Shown here piece by piece: positions 30,176-39,376 of a stretch of 64,000 nt of DNA (positions within the stretch are counted from its first letter, which is position 1; each line of letters begins with the position of its first letter). Position numbers and translations under genes: made by a program. The stretch comes from Polyangiales bacterium (lineage in GTDB: Bacteria; Myxococcota_A; Polyangia; Polyangiales; Polyangiaceae), in contig JBBRNJ010000016.1 of NCBI GenBank assembly GCA_038230375.1, positions 32,001 to 96,000 on the forward strand. Reading direction: 5' to 3'. The notes under the pieces are model-generated. The model was not told the DNA's origin. It made no database searches and worked only from the letters and a program-made list of their open reading frames with translations.

Positions 30176-31828
30176 TCAGCGCGCGCGACCTCGCCGGCGC
30201 CACACCAGAAGCAGCGCAACGGCGCCGAGCGCGACGCGTGAGACTGGGCTCTTTTTTCCATGGCCACGGCGCGCCGCTGAGCAATCACCGCCACCGCCAC
30301 CGCCGCCACCGCCGCTGCATCCGTCGGCTCCGCCACCACCACCACCGCCGCTGCACCCATCCCCGCCGCCGCCGCCGCTGTCGCCGCTGCATCCGTCGCT
30401 ACCGCTCGAATCGGAGCTCGAGCCGCACCCATCGCTGCTGCTCGAGTCGCTACTGCTGCTGCTGCTGGAATCGCAGCTGTCCCCGGAGGTGTCCACCGCC
30501 ACCCCGACGTCCGCGGATGGATCGACGTAGTCGCTGCTGCCGAAGTCACCGCCTCCGCCGCTGCTGCCGGCTCCGACGTTGGCGCCGCCGAAGCCGCCCG
30601 CGCTGCCTGCGGTCTCGCCCGCCGTGCGGCACGCCAGATCGTACTCGAGCGACGCGACCACCGTGCTCTGCTCCGCGCCACCGAGGACCACGTTGGCCGT
30701 GCTGTCGCCCGTGGTCACGGCGCGCGTCACTGCGAGCGCGGCGGGCGTGGCGTTCGAGAGCGCGAGCGCGAAGTCGTCGCCTCCGCAGCGGAGCGTGTGC
30801 GCGTCCGTCTCGCCTGCGAGCACGCCCTCATCACACGACGCGCCGCCGAACCACGCGAGGGCGCCGGCCGCGCACGTGTGCGACACGCGCGCGTTGCTAG
30901 CGGCGAGCAGCTGCGACGCAAGGCCGCATGTGTCTGGTCCGAAGTACGATCCAGCGACGGAGGGGATGGTGAGCGATTGATCAGCGCGCGCCACAAACAG
31001 GCCACGATGGCTCGCGGACTCGATCAGGAAGCGACCCTCTCCTACGCCCACGAGCGCGTTCCAGCGCACCGTTGGATAGTTCGAGCCGCGCGCGCCCCAC
31101 GTGATCTCCGGCGGTGCGACTGCGCCGAGGAGCACGGGTGCCCCGCCGAAGGCCGCAGGACCAGGTCCGATCGCGTACACGGTGCTGAACGACGGATGCA
31201 CACCAGCACCGACGCTGGTGGACGGCGAACCGTTCGCCGCGCTCGGCCACGTCACACGGACCGTTGGCGTGCGCACGGGACCTTGGGTTGCACCGAAGCG
31301 GAGCGCGAGCAGCGCAGAGCCGGCGAGGAACGCGGAGTGCGCGGCGGTGATGGTCTCGCCGTCCAGCTCCAGGTCGCTGCCATAGGTTGCGAGGTCGGCG
31401 TCGCCGAAGAGAATGCGAGCATCGGATGGGGAGAGCCGCGCGCCGTGCGCTGCCGTCGTCGAGACCTCCGCGGTCCCGAGAGCGTTGCACGGCGCTGGCG
31501 CGGCAGGCGGGACGATCCGCGCCGCATACGCGACGTCCAGAGCGCCAAGCCATGCGTCGCTACCGAGGTCCGCGCGCGCGCCCGGCGGTAGCGGGATGAG
31601 CCAGACGAAGCCGCCCGAGCTCGCGTCGAGTCGGGTCCAGCTCGTCGTTTGGTCGGCGCCGAAGGTCGTCGCGACCTCCTCACCAGTGACCTGCACCCGG
31701 GTGTCCTTCAAGGGGGACAGCAGGCCGCGAGCCTCTGCCCGGTCGGCCCCGACTGTGAACGAAGCGATGGCGAGCAACGCGGCGCCCGCCCGGGCCGATG
31801 GTCTGATGAAGCGGTTCACACCCCGCAT
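30176..31828 (-). CDS. DUF2330-like secreted protein with a MYXO-CTERM-like anchor
   Basis: FVWLIPLP motif; C-terminal C-S...TM...RRR. Confidence 0.7.
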   Translation of the reverse strand: MRGVNRFIRPSARAGAALLAIASFTVGADRAEARGLLSPLKDTRVQVTGEEVATTFGADQTTSWTRLDASSGGFVWLIPLPPGARADLGSDAWLGALDVAYAARIVPPAAPAPCNALGTAEVSTTAAHGARLSPSDARILFGDADLATYGSDLELDGETITAAHSAFLAGSALLALRFGATQGPVRTPTVRVTWPSAANGSPSTSVGAGVHPSFSTVYAIGPGPAAFGGAPVLLGAVAPPEITWGARGSNYPTVRWNALVGVGEGRFLIESASHRGLFVARADQSLTIPSVAGSYFGPDTCGLASQLLAASNARVSHTCAAGALAWFGGASCDEGVLAGETDAHTLRCGGDDFALALSNATPAALAVTRAVTTGDSTANVVLGGAEQSTVVASLEYDLACRTAGETAGSAGGFGGANVGAGSSGGGGDFGSSDYVDPSADVGVAVDTSGDSCDSSSSSSSDSSSSDGCGSSSDSSGSDGCSGDSGGGGGDGCSGGGGGGGADGCSGGGGGGGGGDCSAARRGHGKKSPVSRVALGAVALLLVWRRRGRAR

Positions 31829-32022
31829 CCAGCAACGCTCATGCCCGCGCCCTTTCGTACGAAAGGCCGCAAAATATGCCTGCAACGTGCGTTCACGCGG
31901 AGCCGGCTTCACGTGAACGTTCCACCGTGAACCCACGTCCACGCGTCGTCTTGTGGATTCACCTACAGGGACCACCTGCCGCGACCGTTCCCCTGAGAGG
32001 TTCAGTCGCAGAAGGGGTCATC

Positions 32023-33462
32023 ATGCGCAGGTTCTGTCTTCTCTCGGTCGTCGGGCTCGTCAGCGGTGTCGTCGTGCTTGCTGCATGTAGCAGCGGCGGT
32101 ACATCGGGGAGTGGTTCAGGCGGAGCCAGTACTGCGGGAGGAGTTGGTGGTCCCGGCTCCGACGGAGGCAGCGGCGCGGGCGGGTCGGGCGCCAACGCGA
32201 GCGGCCACAGCGGCGGCTCGCTCAGCCTGCGCGTGGGCGCGGCTGGCCAACCGAAAGGCGCATCGCATGCGTACACGATGGGTCAGTCCACGACCGACTC
32301 GCTCACGAGCCTCAAGTACTACATCACCTCCGTCAGCATCTGCGAGGAGCTCGACACGGGTGGTGGCTCTGGCTTTCAGAATCCGAAGAACTGTCTGGAC
32401 ATCTATCATGCAGACCGCGGCGCGTTCTCGTACGACCCCATGCTCGACTACTCGGGACTGGCCGCAGCAGCGCGTGCGAGCGACGTTGGCTTCGTGGACC
32501 TCCTGAATCCCGCGTCGCGCGCGACGCTCGGCGCGAGCGTCATGTTGAAGGATGCCGACGCCCACACCTACAACTGGGGGATCATCACCTGGGTGCCGGT
32601 GGTGAAGCTCACCGCCAGCGTTCCCATGAGCGACGGCTCCACGTGGTACACGCACGACGGGACGTCCTCACGCACCGTGCAGAACATGGTGCCGAACTAC
32701 GTCACGACGTCCAGCGCGCCGTTCACCACCGGCCCTGCATCGGAGGCTGTCGTGCTCTCCGCGAATGGCGGTACGTGGTTCCGGTTCCAGCATCCGTTCT
32801 CGATCGCTGCTGGGGACGTCACGAGCGGTGAGGCCTTCGTGCTCGATCTCACGCTCGACCCAGATGCGCTCGTCACCGGCGGACCGGTGCCCGGCTCTGG
32901 CACGCTTCGCGAAGGCGGCGATGGGGGAGGAGGGGGCGCACGCGAGCTTCACATTCCATCGCTCGATCTCACGCCGGTGCCGCACAAGGGAAGCACACGT
33001 GCGGTGCGCGAGACGTACCTGGCGGATGTCGGCAGCGCCTTCCGGCTGCGTCTGGAGCTCTACACGCTCGAGGACGATCCGAACCACACCATCTACGGCG
33101 TCGACACGCGCACGATCTACCGGGGCGGCTCGTCGTGGGTGAGCGAATTCGCCAAGGTCTCGTACCTGGAGGACAAGCCGGGCGGCACGGAGTTTCAGAA
33201 CTGGGACAAGAGCCCCGAGCTCGAAGGCTTCCATCGCGGTGTGACGGTGGGCGACACCACAGACGCCATGCTGCACTGCGCCTCGTCCGGCACGCCCGGC
33301 GGCGCGGCGGCTGCGGTGACCTACGATGGATGTCCCATGGGAGGTGCAGTCCCCGTCACGTTCCGTCTCACCAGCATCACGCGGCTTGGCGCGGCCATGG
33401 ACAGCGGTGACGGCGGCACTGGTGACGAGGGTGGAGCCCCGCACCCGGACGCGGGCGAGTGA
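32023..33462 (+). CDS. Hypothetical lipoprotein
   Basis: Lipobox LAAC; SD-like GAAGGGG upstream. Confidence 0.75.
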   Translation: MRRFCLLSVVGLVSGVVVLAACSSGGTSGSGSGGASTAGGVGGPGSDGGSGAGGSGANASGHSGGSLSLRVGAAGQPKGASHAYTMGQSTTDSLTSLKYYITSVSICEELDTGGGSGFQNPKNCLDIYHADRGAFSYDPMLDYSGLAAAARASDVGFVDLLNPASRATLGASVMLKDADAHTYNWGIITWVPVVKLTASVPMSDGSTWYTHDGTSSRTVQNMVPNYVTTSSAPFTTGPASEAVVLSANGGTWFRFQHPFSIAAGDVTSGEAFVLDLTLDPDALVTGGPVPGSGTLREGGDGGGGGARELHIPSLDLTPVPHKGSTRAVRETYLADVGSAFRLRLELYTLEDDPNHTIYGVDTRTIYRGGSSWVSEFAKVSYLEDKPGGTEFQNWDKSPELEGFHRGVTVGDTTDAMLHCASSGTPGGAAAAVTYDGCPMGGAVPVTFRLTSITRLGAAMDSGDGGTGDEGGAPHPDAGE

Positions 33463-33475
33463 GCACGTGACGTGA

Positions 33476-34354
33476 TCAGTCCGTGGGCTCGCACGAGCCG
33501 CGCGCGCGGTCCAGTCGCTCGCGGGCCCACTCTGCCCGTCGCTGCACGCGTGCACGCTCATCTTCGGCGTTCAGGATGCGCGGCTTGCGCGAACGGATCG
33601 GTCCGAGCACCTCGTGTCGCGCGACCCTTGCCGCGGATACCATGTCCTTGAATCGATCGAACACCTGCACCTCGCCTTCCGGCGCGTGGCGCGAGTGGTG
33701 GCTCTTGCCCCCCGCCAGGTAGTGGTACTGGCCCCACTTGTTGCCTTCCATGGCGTGGATGGTGAGCGCTTGCTCGCGCAGGATCCCGGGCGGCGCGGAG
33801 TACACGATGAAGCCGCCCAGGCGCTGCATCTTCTCGCGTGCGCGAAGCGCGCGCATGTCGTCGTGGGTCCACGTGTAGCGTCGCTGATCGCGCGCGTCGT
33901 CGCGCTCGCGTCGCGCGTCGGGCATGCCGAACGTGTGGAACCGGATGGTGGTGCCAGTGGCGTCGTCGCGAAGGCGACCGCGCAGGGCAACGAGCAGGTC
34001 CGCGTCGATCCGCGCGAGCCCGTCCTGCATGAGCAGGATCGGCAGCGCGGGATCGGCCTCGAACGGCGTGGGCGAGAGATGTGGGCCGCAGATGAGCACG
34101 CACGTGCCCGACAAGCGCTGGAACGAGAGCGCCCAGAGGAGGCGCCCGAGCACCTGCGCGCCCTCGGCGTCCGTGAGGATGTGCCAGGTGTCGTGGAAGT
34201 AGTTCATGCTGAAGCGCGCCGCGGTCCCTGCGCGCAGCGTGGCAACGCGGAACGTGAATCCGTGCACGGAGAGCAGGCGCATGTGCAGCTTGAGGCCCTT
34301 TGCGTGGGCGCGCCGCTCGTCGTCGTCTGCATGGTTCTTGGTGTCGAGGTTCAT
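33476..34354 (-). CDS. Uncharacterised protein; likely sigma54-regulated target of the adjacent activator
   Basis: 292-aa ORF with high GC3, directly downstream of a -24/-12 promoter. Confidence 0.8.
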   Translation of the reverse strand: MNLDTKNHADDDERRAHAKGLKLHMRLLSVHGFTFRVATLRAGTAARFSMNYFHDTWHILTDAEGAQVLGRLLWALSFQRLSGTCVLICGPHLSPTPFEADPALPILLMQDGLARIDADLLVALRGRLRDDATGTTIRFHTFGMPDARRERDDARDQRRYTWTHDDMRALRAREKMQRLGGFIVYSAPPGILREQALTIHAMEGNKWGQYHYLAGGKSHHSRHAPEGEVQVFDRFKDMVSAARVARHEVLGPIRSRKPRILNAEDERARVQRRAEWARERLDRARGSCEPTD

Positions 34355-34381
34355 GATGGCTTGATCGCTTCATCGCCCATG

Positions 34382-34397
34382 AGCATCCGCCGTGCCA
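34382..34397 (-). promoter_or_regulatory. sigma54 -24/-12 promoter
   Basis: Minus strand reads TGGCACGGCGGATGCT. Confidence 0.8.
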
Positions 34398-34443
34398 TCG
34401 TCGCGGGCGCCGATCCTGGCTGGATTTCGAGTCCTCCTGCCTG

Positions 34444-34505
34444 GGTGGTTCTCCATGAACCACCACAAAGGTCCTCAAAGAACCAGTCATGGTCTATGAT
34501 GAACC
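34444..34505. promoter_or_regulatory. Three tandem palindromic operator/UAS sites, GGTYY-N5-GAACC
   Basis: GGTTCTCCATGAACC at 34447, GGTCCTCAAAGAACC at 34470 and GGTCTATGATGAACC at 34491. Confidence 0.75.
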
Positions 34506-34506
34506 A

Positions 34507-36060
34507 GTGCAGCGGGTTCTCCTCACATGGTCCGATCGCGGCATCGACGGACCCGCGCCCTCGCACCAGGGAAAGCGACCCGCGAGCGATCATGGCCCCG
34601 TGCTGCGGCTGCTCGCGGAGACCGAGCCATCGCGAGCCTACGATCATGCCCTGGTGCTGACGGTGCCGCGGGGCCTCTCGCTTGCCCGCACGCTGGCTGC
34701 TGACATGAAGGCGCGCGTGCGGGAGGTCGACGTTCGCGCGATCGCCCTTTCCGATCCCTCCGACTACAAGGAGCTCTTCACCGCGCTCGCGCCGCTGGCG
34801 CGTGAAATCGAACGTTCGTTTCCCAGGTCGGCGTGGAGCGTGGACGTGCTCCTGTCCGCGGGAACTCCGCAGGCGCAGACGCTCTGGGTGATCCTGTCGC
34901 AGGCGGAGATGCTGCACGCGCGCCTGCTCCAGGTGATCCCTGCGGCGTTCGTGCCCGTGCCGCACCCGCGCGCCATTCGCGAGGTGTCGCTCGACATCGA
35001 AGGCTTCCCCGAGATTCGCGTGCTCCGCGAGGAGGTCACGCGGCTCCGCGCAGAGGTCCGCGCGCGTGCGTCGGCTGTCGTGGCGGAGAGTCCCGCGATG
35101 AAGGAGCTCATGACGCGCGTGGTGCGTGTGGCGCAGAGCGAGCTGCCCGTGCTCGTCACGGGCGAGACCGGCTCCGGCAAGGAGCTCGTAGCGCGTGCGC
35201 TTCACGATGGGAGCGCGCGCGCGCAGGGCCCGTTCGTCGCGGAGAACTGCGGCGCCCTCGCGGAGAGCGTGCTTGCGAGCGAGCTGTTCGGTCACGCGGC
35301 AGGCTCGTTCACGGGCGCGTCCTCGCGGCACCGCGGCCTCTTCGAACAGGCGCACGGCGGCACCATCTTCCTCGACGAGGTCGCGGAGTTGCCGCTGCAG
35401 GTACAGGCGATGCTCCTGCGCGTGCTGCAAGAGGGGCTCGTGCGTCGGGTGGGTGGCGAAAAGACGTTCAAGGTGGACGTGCGCGTGGTCGCGGCGACGC
35501 ACCGTGATCTCGCCGCGATGGTCGCGAAGGGCACGTTTCGTGAGGATCTCTACTATCGGTTGCGCGGCGCCACGCTGCGTGTGCCTCCGCTGCGCGAGCG
35601 CGTGAGCGACATCCCCGCCATGGTGCGCGCGTTCCTGGCAGATGCGGGCTCGCCTCGGCGCGCGCGCAAGCTCACCGTCACCCCCGCGGCGATACGCGTG
35701 CTCGCCGGCTACGCGTGGCCCGGCAACGTACGCGAGCTGAAGAGCGAGGTCGCGCGGTGGCTCGTGTTCTGCGATGACGACGTCGGGGTCCTTGATCTGA
35801 CGCCGGAGATCGTGAATGCCCCGGCACCGCGCCGACGTGCGAAGACCGCGCAGCAGCCGGGTGTGGTCGCTTCGGCAGAAGTGCGTCCCCTCGCAGAGAC
35901 GATCTTCGACGTGGAGCGCGAGGAGGTGACGCGCGCCATGTCCGTGCACGCGGGCAACCTCCAGCAGACCGCGCTTGCACTGGGTATCGAGCGCAATACC
36001 CTGAAAAGAAAGCTCCGCGCGTACGGCCTCTATCCAAAGCGAAGAGCGCGTCGCCTGTGA
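34507..36060 (+). CDS. sigma54-dependent activator with an N-terminal RtcR/CARF-like domain
   Basis: N-terminal VLLTW...GPVL...DPSDY...LSAGTPQ...W; GETGSGKE, GSFTGA, FLDEV, WPGNVREL; Fis-type HTH. Alternative start at 34489. Confidence 0.88.
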   Translation: MQRVLLTWSDRGIDGPAPSHQGKRPASDHGPVLRLLAETEPSRAYDHALVLTVPRGLSLARTLAADMKARVREVDVRAIALSDPSDYKELFTALAPLAREIERSFPRSAWSVDVLLSAGTPQAQTLWVILSQAEMLHARLLQVIPAAFVPVPHPRAIREVSLDIEGFPEIRVLREEVTRLRAEVRARASAVVAESPAMKELMTRVVRVAQSELPVLVTGETGSGKELVARALHDGSARAQGPFVAENCGALAESVLASELFGHAAGSFTGASSRHRGLFEQAHGGTIFLDEVAELPLQVQAMLLRVLQEGLVRRVGGEKTFKVDVRVVAATHRDLAAMVAKGTFREDLYYRLRGATLRVPPLRERVSDIPAMVRAFLADAGSPRRARKLTVTPAAIRVLAGYAWPGNVRELKSEVARWLVFCDDDVGVLDLTPEIVNAPAPRRRAKTAQQPGVVASAEVRPLAETIFDVEREEVTRAMSVHAGNLQQTALALGIERNTLKRKLRAYGLYPKRRARRL

Positions 36061-36080
36061 GCTAACTAAGTGCCTGTGAG

Positions 36081-37583
36081 CTATGGTCTGGGAGGGTTCC
36101 GTTCGTAGAGGAGGTTGGGCACCGAGTACAGCCCGACCACGTCCGCCATGTTCACGGACTCCATCCTCCGCACGAAGTGGTAGTCGCTCGCGAGCATGCC
36201 CTGGAGCAGCGCCTCTGCGCCTTCGCCGGTCAGCAGGAAGTAGCGCGGCTTGCGCGCACGAAGGTCCGCGAGGTACGCGTCGCCCGTGACGTTCGGTATG
36301 TGCGCTGCCTGCGAGTCCAGCAGCGATAGCAAGGAGGTCTGCGGCTCGGTGTGACCGGCCAGCACAGGCAGGAATGGATAGATTGGACACACCACGTCGC
36401 CGTCGAGCTTCGCGATCTCATCCACAAAGTGCTCCGCGCGGCGCTGCGCTTCCTGCGTGGGCCGGAAGGGGTCTTGCTCCGTCACGCGTCCGAGCAGAAA
36501 CGCGGCGAGCGCCAGCGCGACGACCCGCGCAGGCCGCGTGCCCTCGCCGAGCCAGGTGGACGCGGTCTCCGACAGGACGAGCACCATCGGGATCGGCGTG
36601 AGCATCAGCAGCGGCAAGAAGTTGTTCGCGTCGCCCCAGATCTTTGCGTAGGCGATGAGCGCGCCCGGGATCGCCGCGAGCGTCGAGAACACCCAGAAGC
36701 GCGTGCCAGGTGACAGCTTCCTGAAGCGCGCGAGCCCGAGCAGGATGGTCAACGGCAGCTGCACGGAGCCGATGACGAGGACCGAGAGACCTGTGACTGC
36801 GCGCCCCGGCAGGAACACGTGGTGGCGCAGTCCGAACATGTAGATCGCGAAGCCGCCGTGGCTCGAGGTCTGCAGCGCGACGTAGGTCCCGACCGAGAGC
36901 GCGCCGAACGTGACCGCGTAGATGAGCCCGCTGCGAAGGTGCGAGCCGCCGAGCAAGAGCCCCATCGCCACGCCAGAGGCCAGGTGTAGCTGCTTGGTGT
37001 AGAGGGCGAGCGTCATGAGCACGCCGACGACGAATGGATGGATGGGCCTCTGAAAGCGCTCCTCCGACGCGATCTTCGCGCCGACGGCGATGGCGCAGAT
37101 GAGGAACGCTCCACCCAGCATGTCGACGCGCGCGATGTCGAAGGCGCCGCGCGCCCCCAGGACGGCCGACGTCGAGAGCGCGATCACGGACAGACCGAGC
37201 ACGGTTGCATGCGCGCGATCGAATGACAGCTTCGCCATGAGCACGCGCCGTACGTGGAGCGCGCCGACCACCGCAGAGCCCAAATAGGCACCGTTCGAGA
37301 CCCCGCGACCCAGAGCGAACGTCACGCCCCCCGTGAGCTTCGAGGCGAGCGCGACGACCGCGTAGTAGACGGGCGGGTAGGCGTACGGCACGAAGGTCCC
37401 GCCGGCCACGGGGTAGAGCGGACGTCCGAGCGCGATCTCGCGCGCCTCGTACATTCCACCGTCCTCCATCCAGTCGATCGAAAACGGATAGCGCACCCGC
37501 ATGAAGACGAGGAACCCGTACAGCAGCGCGTGAAGGACGATGAGCAAGAGAAGCGCGAGCCACGTGGGCGCACGGTCGGACAT
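36081..37583 (-). CDS. GT-C fold (ArnT/PMT-like) membrane glycosyltransferase, paralog 2
   Basis: Multi-TM; DWMED, YAYPPVYY, ARVDM and YTKQ. Confidence 0.75.
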   Translation of the reverse strand: MSDRAPTWLALLLLIVLHALLYGFLVFMRVRYPFSIDWMEDGGMYEAREIALGRPLYPVAGGTFVPYAYPPVYYAVVALASKLTGGVTFALGRGVSNGAYLGSAVVGALHVRRVLMAKLSFDRAHATVLGLSVIALSTSAVLGARGAFDIARVDMLGGAFLICAIAVGAKIASEERFQRPIHPFVVGVLMTLALYTKQLHLASGVAMGLLLGGSHLRSGLIYAVTFGALSVGTYVALQTSSHGGFAIYMFGLRHHVFLPGRAVTGLSVLVIGSVQLPLTILLGLARFRKLSPGTRFWVFSTLAAIPGALIAYAKIWGDANNFLPLLMLTPIPMVLVLSETASTWLGEGTRPARVVALALAAFLLGRVTEQDPFRPTQEAQRRAEHFVDEIAKLDGDVVCPIYPFLPVLAGHTEPQTSLLSLLDSQAAHIPNVTGDAYLADLRARKPRYFLLTGEGAEALLQGMLASDYHFVRRMESVNMADVVGLYSVPNLLYERNPPRP

Positions 37584-37592
37584 GGGAGGCGT

Positions 37593-39155
37593 TCAGTTCG
37601 GTGGGTTGCGCTCGTAGAGGAGGTTCGGCACCGCTGTCATGAGAAGCTCGTGCGTCCCGGGTGCCTCGATCTCCCGAACGAAGTGGTAGTCGCTCTGGAT
37701 GAGCGGCGCGAGTGTCTTCTCGACCGGGTGCCCCGTGAGCAGCAAATATCGCGGCTTCTGCGCGCGCAGCGCCGCGATGTACATGTCGCGGCTGACCCCG
37801 GGAACCTGGGAGGCCTGCGCGTCCAGCACGGCGAGCAGCGATACCTGAGGCGTGTCGTGACGCGCGACCTGCGCCATGAATGGGCTTGTCGGGGACACGA
37901 TGTCGCCATCGAGCTTTGCCACCTCGTCGACAAGGTGCTTCGCGCGCTCTTGCGTGCGGAGCGCAGGCCTGAAATGATCTTCCTCGGCGAGCCGTCCGAG
38001 AAGGAAGATGGCGAGCGCACCGGCGAACAGTCGTGCGCTGCGTGCGCCCGTACCGAAGAACGCAGCGGACACGTCCGCGAAGACGAGCACGGTCGGCACC
38101 GCCACGATGGCCATGAGCGAGATGAAGTTGTTCACCTCGCCCCAGATCTTCGCGAAGCCGATCAGGGCACCCGGGATCGCAAGCGCCGTGGCCTGCACCC
38201 AAAAGCGCGTGGTGGGGGAGAGGTGCTTCCAGGCGAGCGCGCCGATGCCCAACGACAGGAAGAGATGCGGCGCACTGAGCGCGAGGACCTGACAGCCAAG
38301 GACCAGGCGGTCCGGCAAGAAATCGTGGTGACGCATGCCGAACATCCACATCGCAAAGCCGCCGTGGGTGAGTGCCTGAAGGCCAACGAACGCGCCAAGG
38401 ACAAGGCCGACGAAGGTCACCGCATAGATCGCGCCCGTGCGTGCGTGCGCGCGAAACAGCAGGAGCGCGACGCCAACGCCCAGGAGCAAGTGCGTCTGCT
38501 TCGTGTAGACCGCAAGCGTCATGAGCATGGCGGCGGCAACGGCCCGCCACGCCCGGTGTGTCGCGTCCTCACGGACCGCGCCGGCGGCGACCACGAGGCC
38601 AAGCGCGATGAAGGCTCCGCCAAGAGAGTCCACGCGCACCGAGTCCAGGCCACCGCGCACCGTCACGATGCCAGACGTGGTGAGCCCCACCACCGCAAGC
38701 CCCAGCACCACGAAAGACGCGCTGGCTGTCGCACGCGCGCGAAGGGTGCGCTGTACGTGAACTCCGGCGAGCACCGCAGCTCCGAAGAACGAACCAGCAG
38801 ACACGGATCGGCCCACCGCAAACGTCACCCCGCCGGTGAGCTTCGAGACGAGCGCGACCACTGCGTAGTAGACCGGAGGGTACGCATAGGGGACGAACGT
38901 CGCGGGGTCGGTCGGGTAGATCGTCTGCCCGTGCGCGAGGCGGTTTGCTTCCACCATGCCTCCGCCTTCGATCCAGTCTATGGCCAGCGGGAAGCGGACG
39001 CGCGCCAGGAAGTAGTACGCGAACATCGCAACGTGGACGGCGGCGATCGCACCGAGTGAGAGCCAGGCTACGGATGCGACCGTCCGTGTGCGCAGCTCGG
39101 AGCGCCAATCCTCACGCGCGCTTTGTCCCAGCTCTGCTTCCTGCGACTCGGACAT
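37593..39155 (-). CDS. GT-C fold (ArnT/PMT-like) membrane glycosyltransferase, paralog 1
   Basis: Multi-TM; DWIEG, YAYPPVYY, VRVDS and YTKQ. Confidence 0.75.
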   Translation of the reverse strand: MSESQEAELGQSAREDWRSELRTRTVASVAWLSLGAIAAVHVAMFAYYFLARVRFPLAIDWIEGGGMVEANRLAHGQTIYPTDPATFVPYAYPPVYYAVVALVSKLTGGVTFAVGRSVSAGSFFGAAVLAGVHVQRTLRARATASASFVVLGLAVVGLTTSGIVTVRGGLDSVRVDSLGGAFIALGLVVAAGAVREDATHRAWRAVAAAMLMTLAVYTKQTHLLLGVGVALLLFRAHARTGAIYAVTFVGLVLGAFVGLQALTHGGFAMWMFGMRHHDFLPDRLVLGCQVLALSAPHLFLSLGIGALAWKHLSPTTRFWVQATALAIPGALIGFAKIWGEVNNFISLMAIVAVPTVLVFADVSAAFFGTGARSARLFAGALAIFLLGRLAEEDHFRPALRTQERAKHLVDEVAKLDGDIVSPTSPFMAQVARHDTPQVSLLAVLDAQASQVPGVSRDMYIAALRAQKPRYLLLTGHPVEKTLAPLIQSDYHFVREIEAPGTHELLMTAVPNLLYERNPPN

Positions 39156-39338
39156 CTATCCCCCGCACGGCTGTGCTTACCACCAGGCTCCGGCGCACGC
39201 ATGAGGTCGCAGGGGTCCTTAACGAATGGAAATCTCGCATCGGGCCTCGCGATGGGGAGTGGTGACCGTGGACACCGCGCGCAGTGACCGTGGTCAGGCG
39301 CGCATTCGCCAGAGGCTTGAAAAATAGCTGTTTTGTGC

Positions 39339-39354
39339 AGGCACGGCGCTCGCT
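39339..39354 (+). promoter_or_regulatory. Putative sigma54 promoter
   Basis: AGGCACGGCGCTCGCT preceded by an AT-rich tract. Confidence 0.55.
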
Positions 39355-39376
39355 CACGGGGGCGCGGAGGTTTCAA

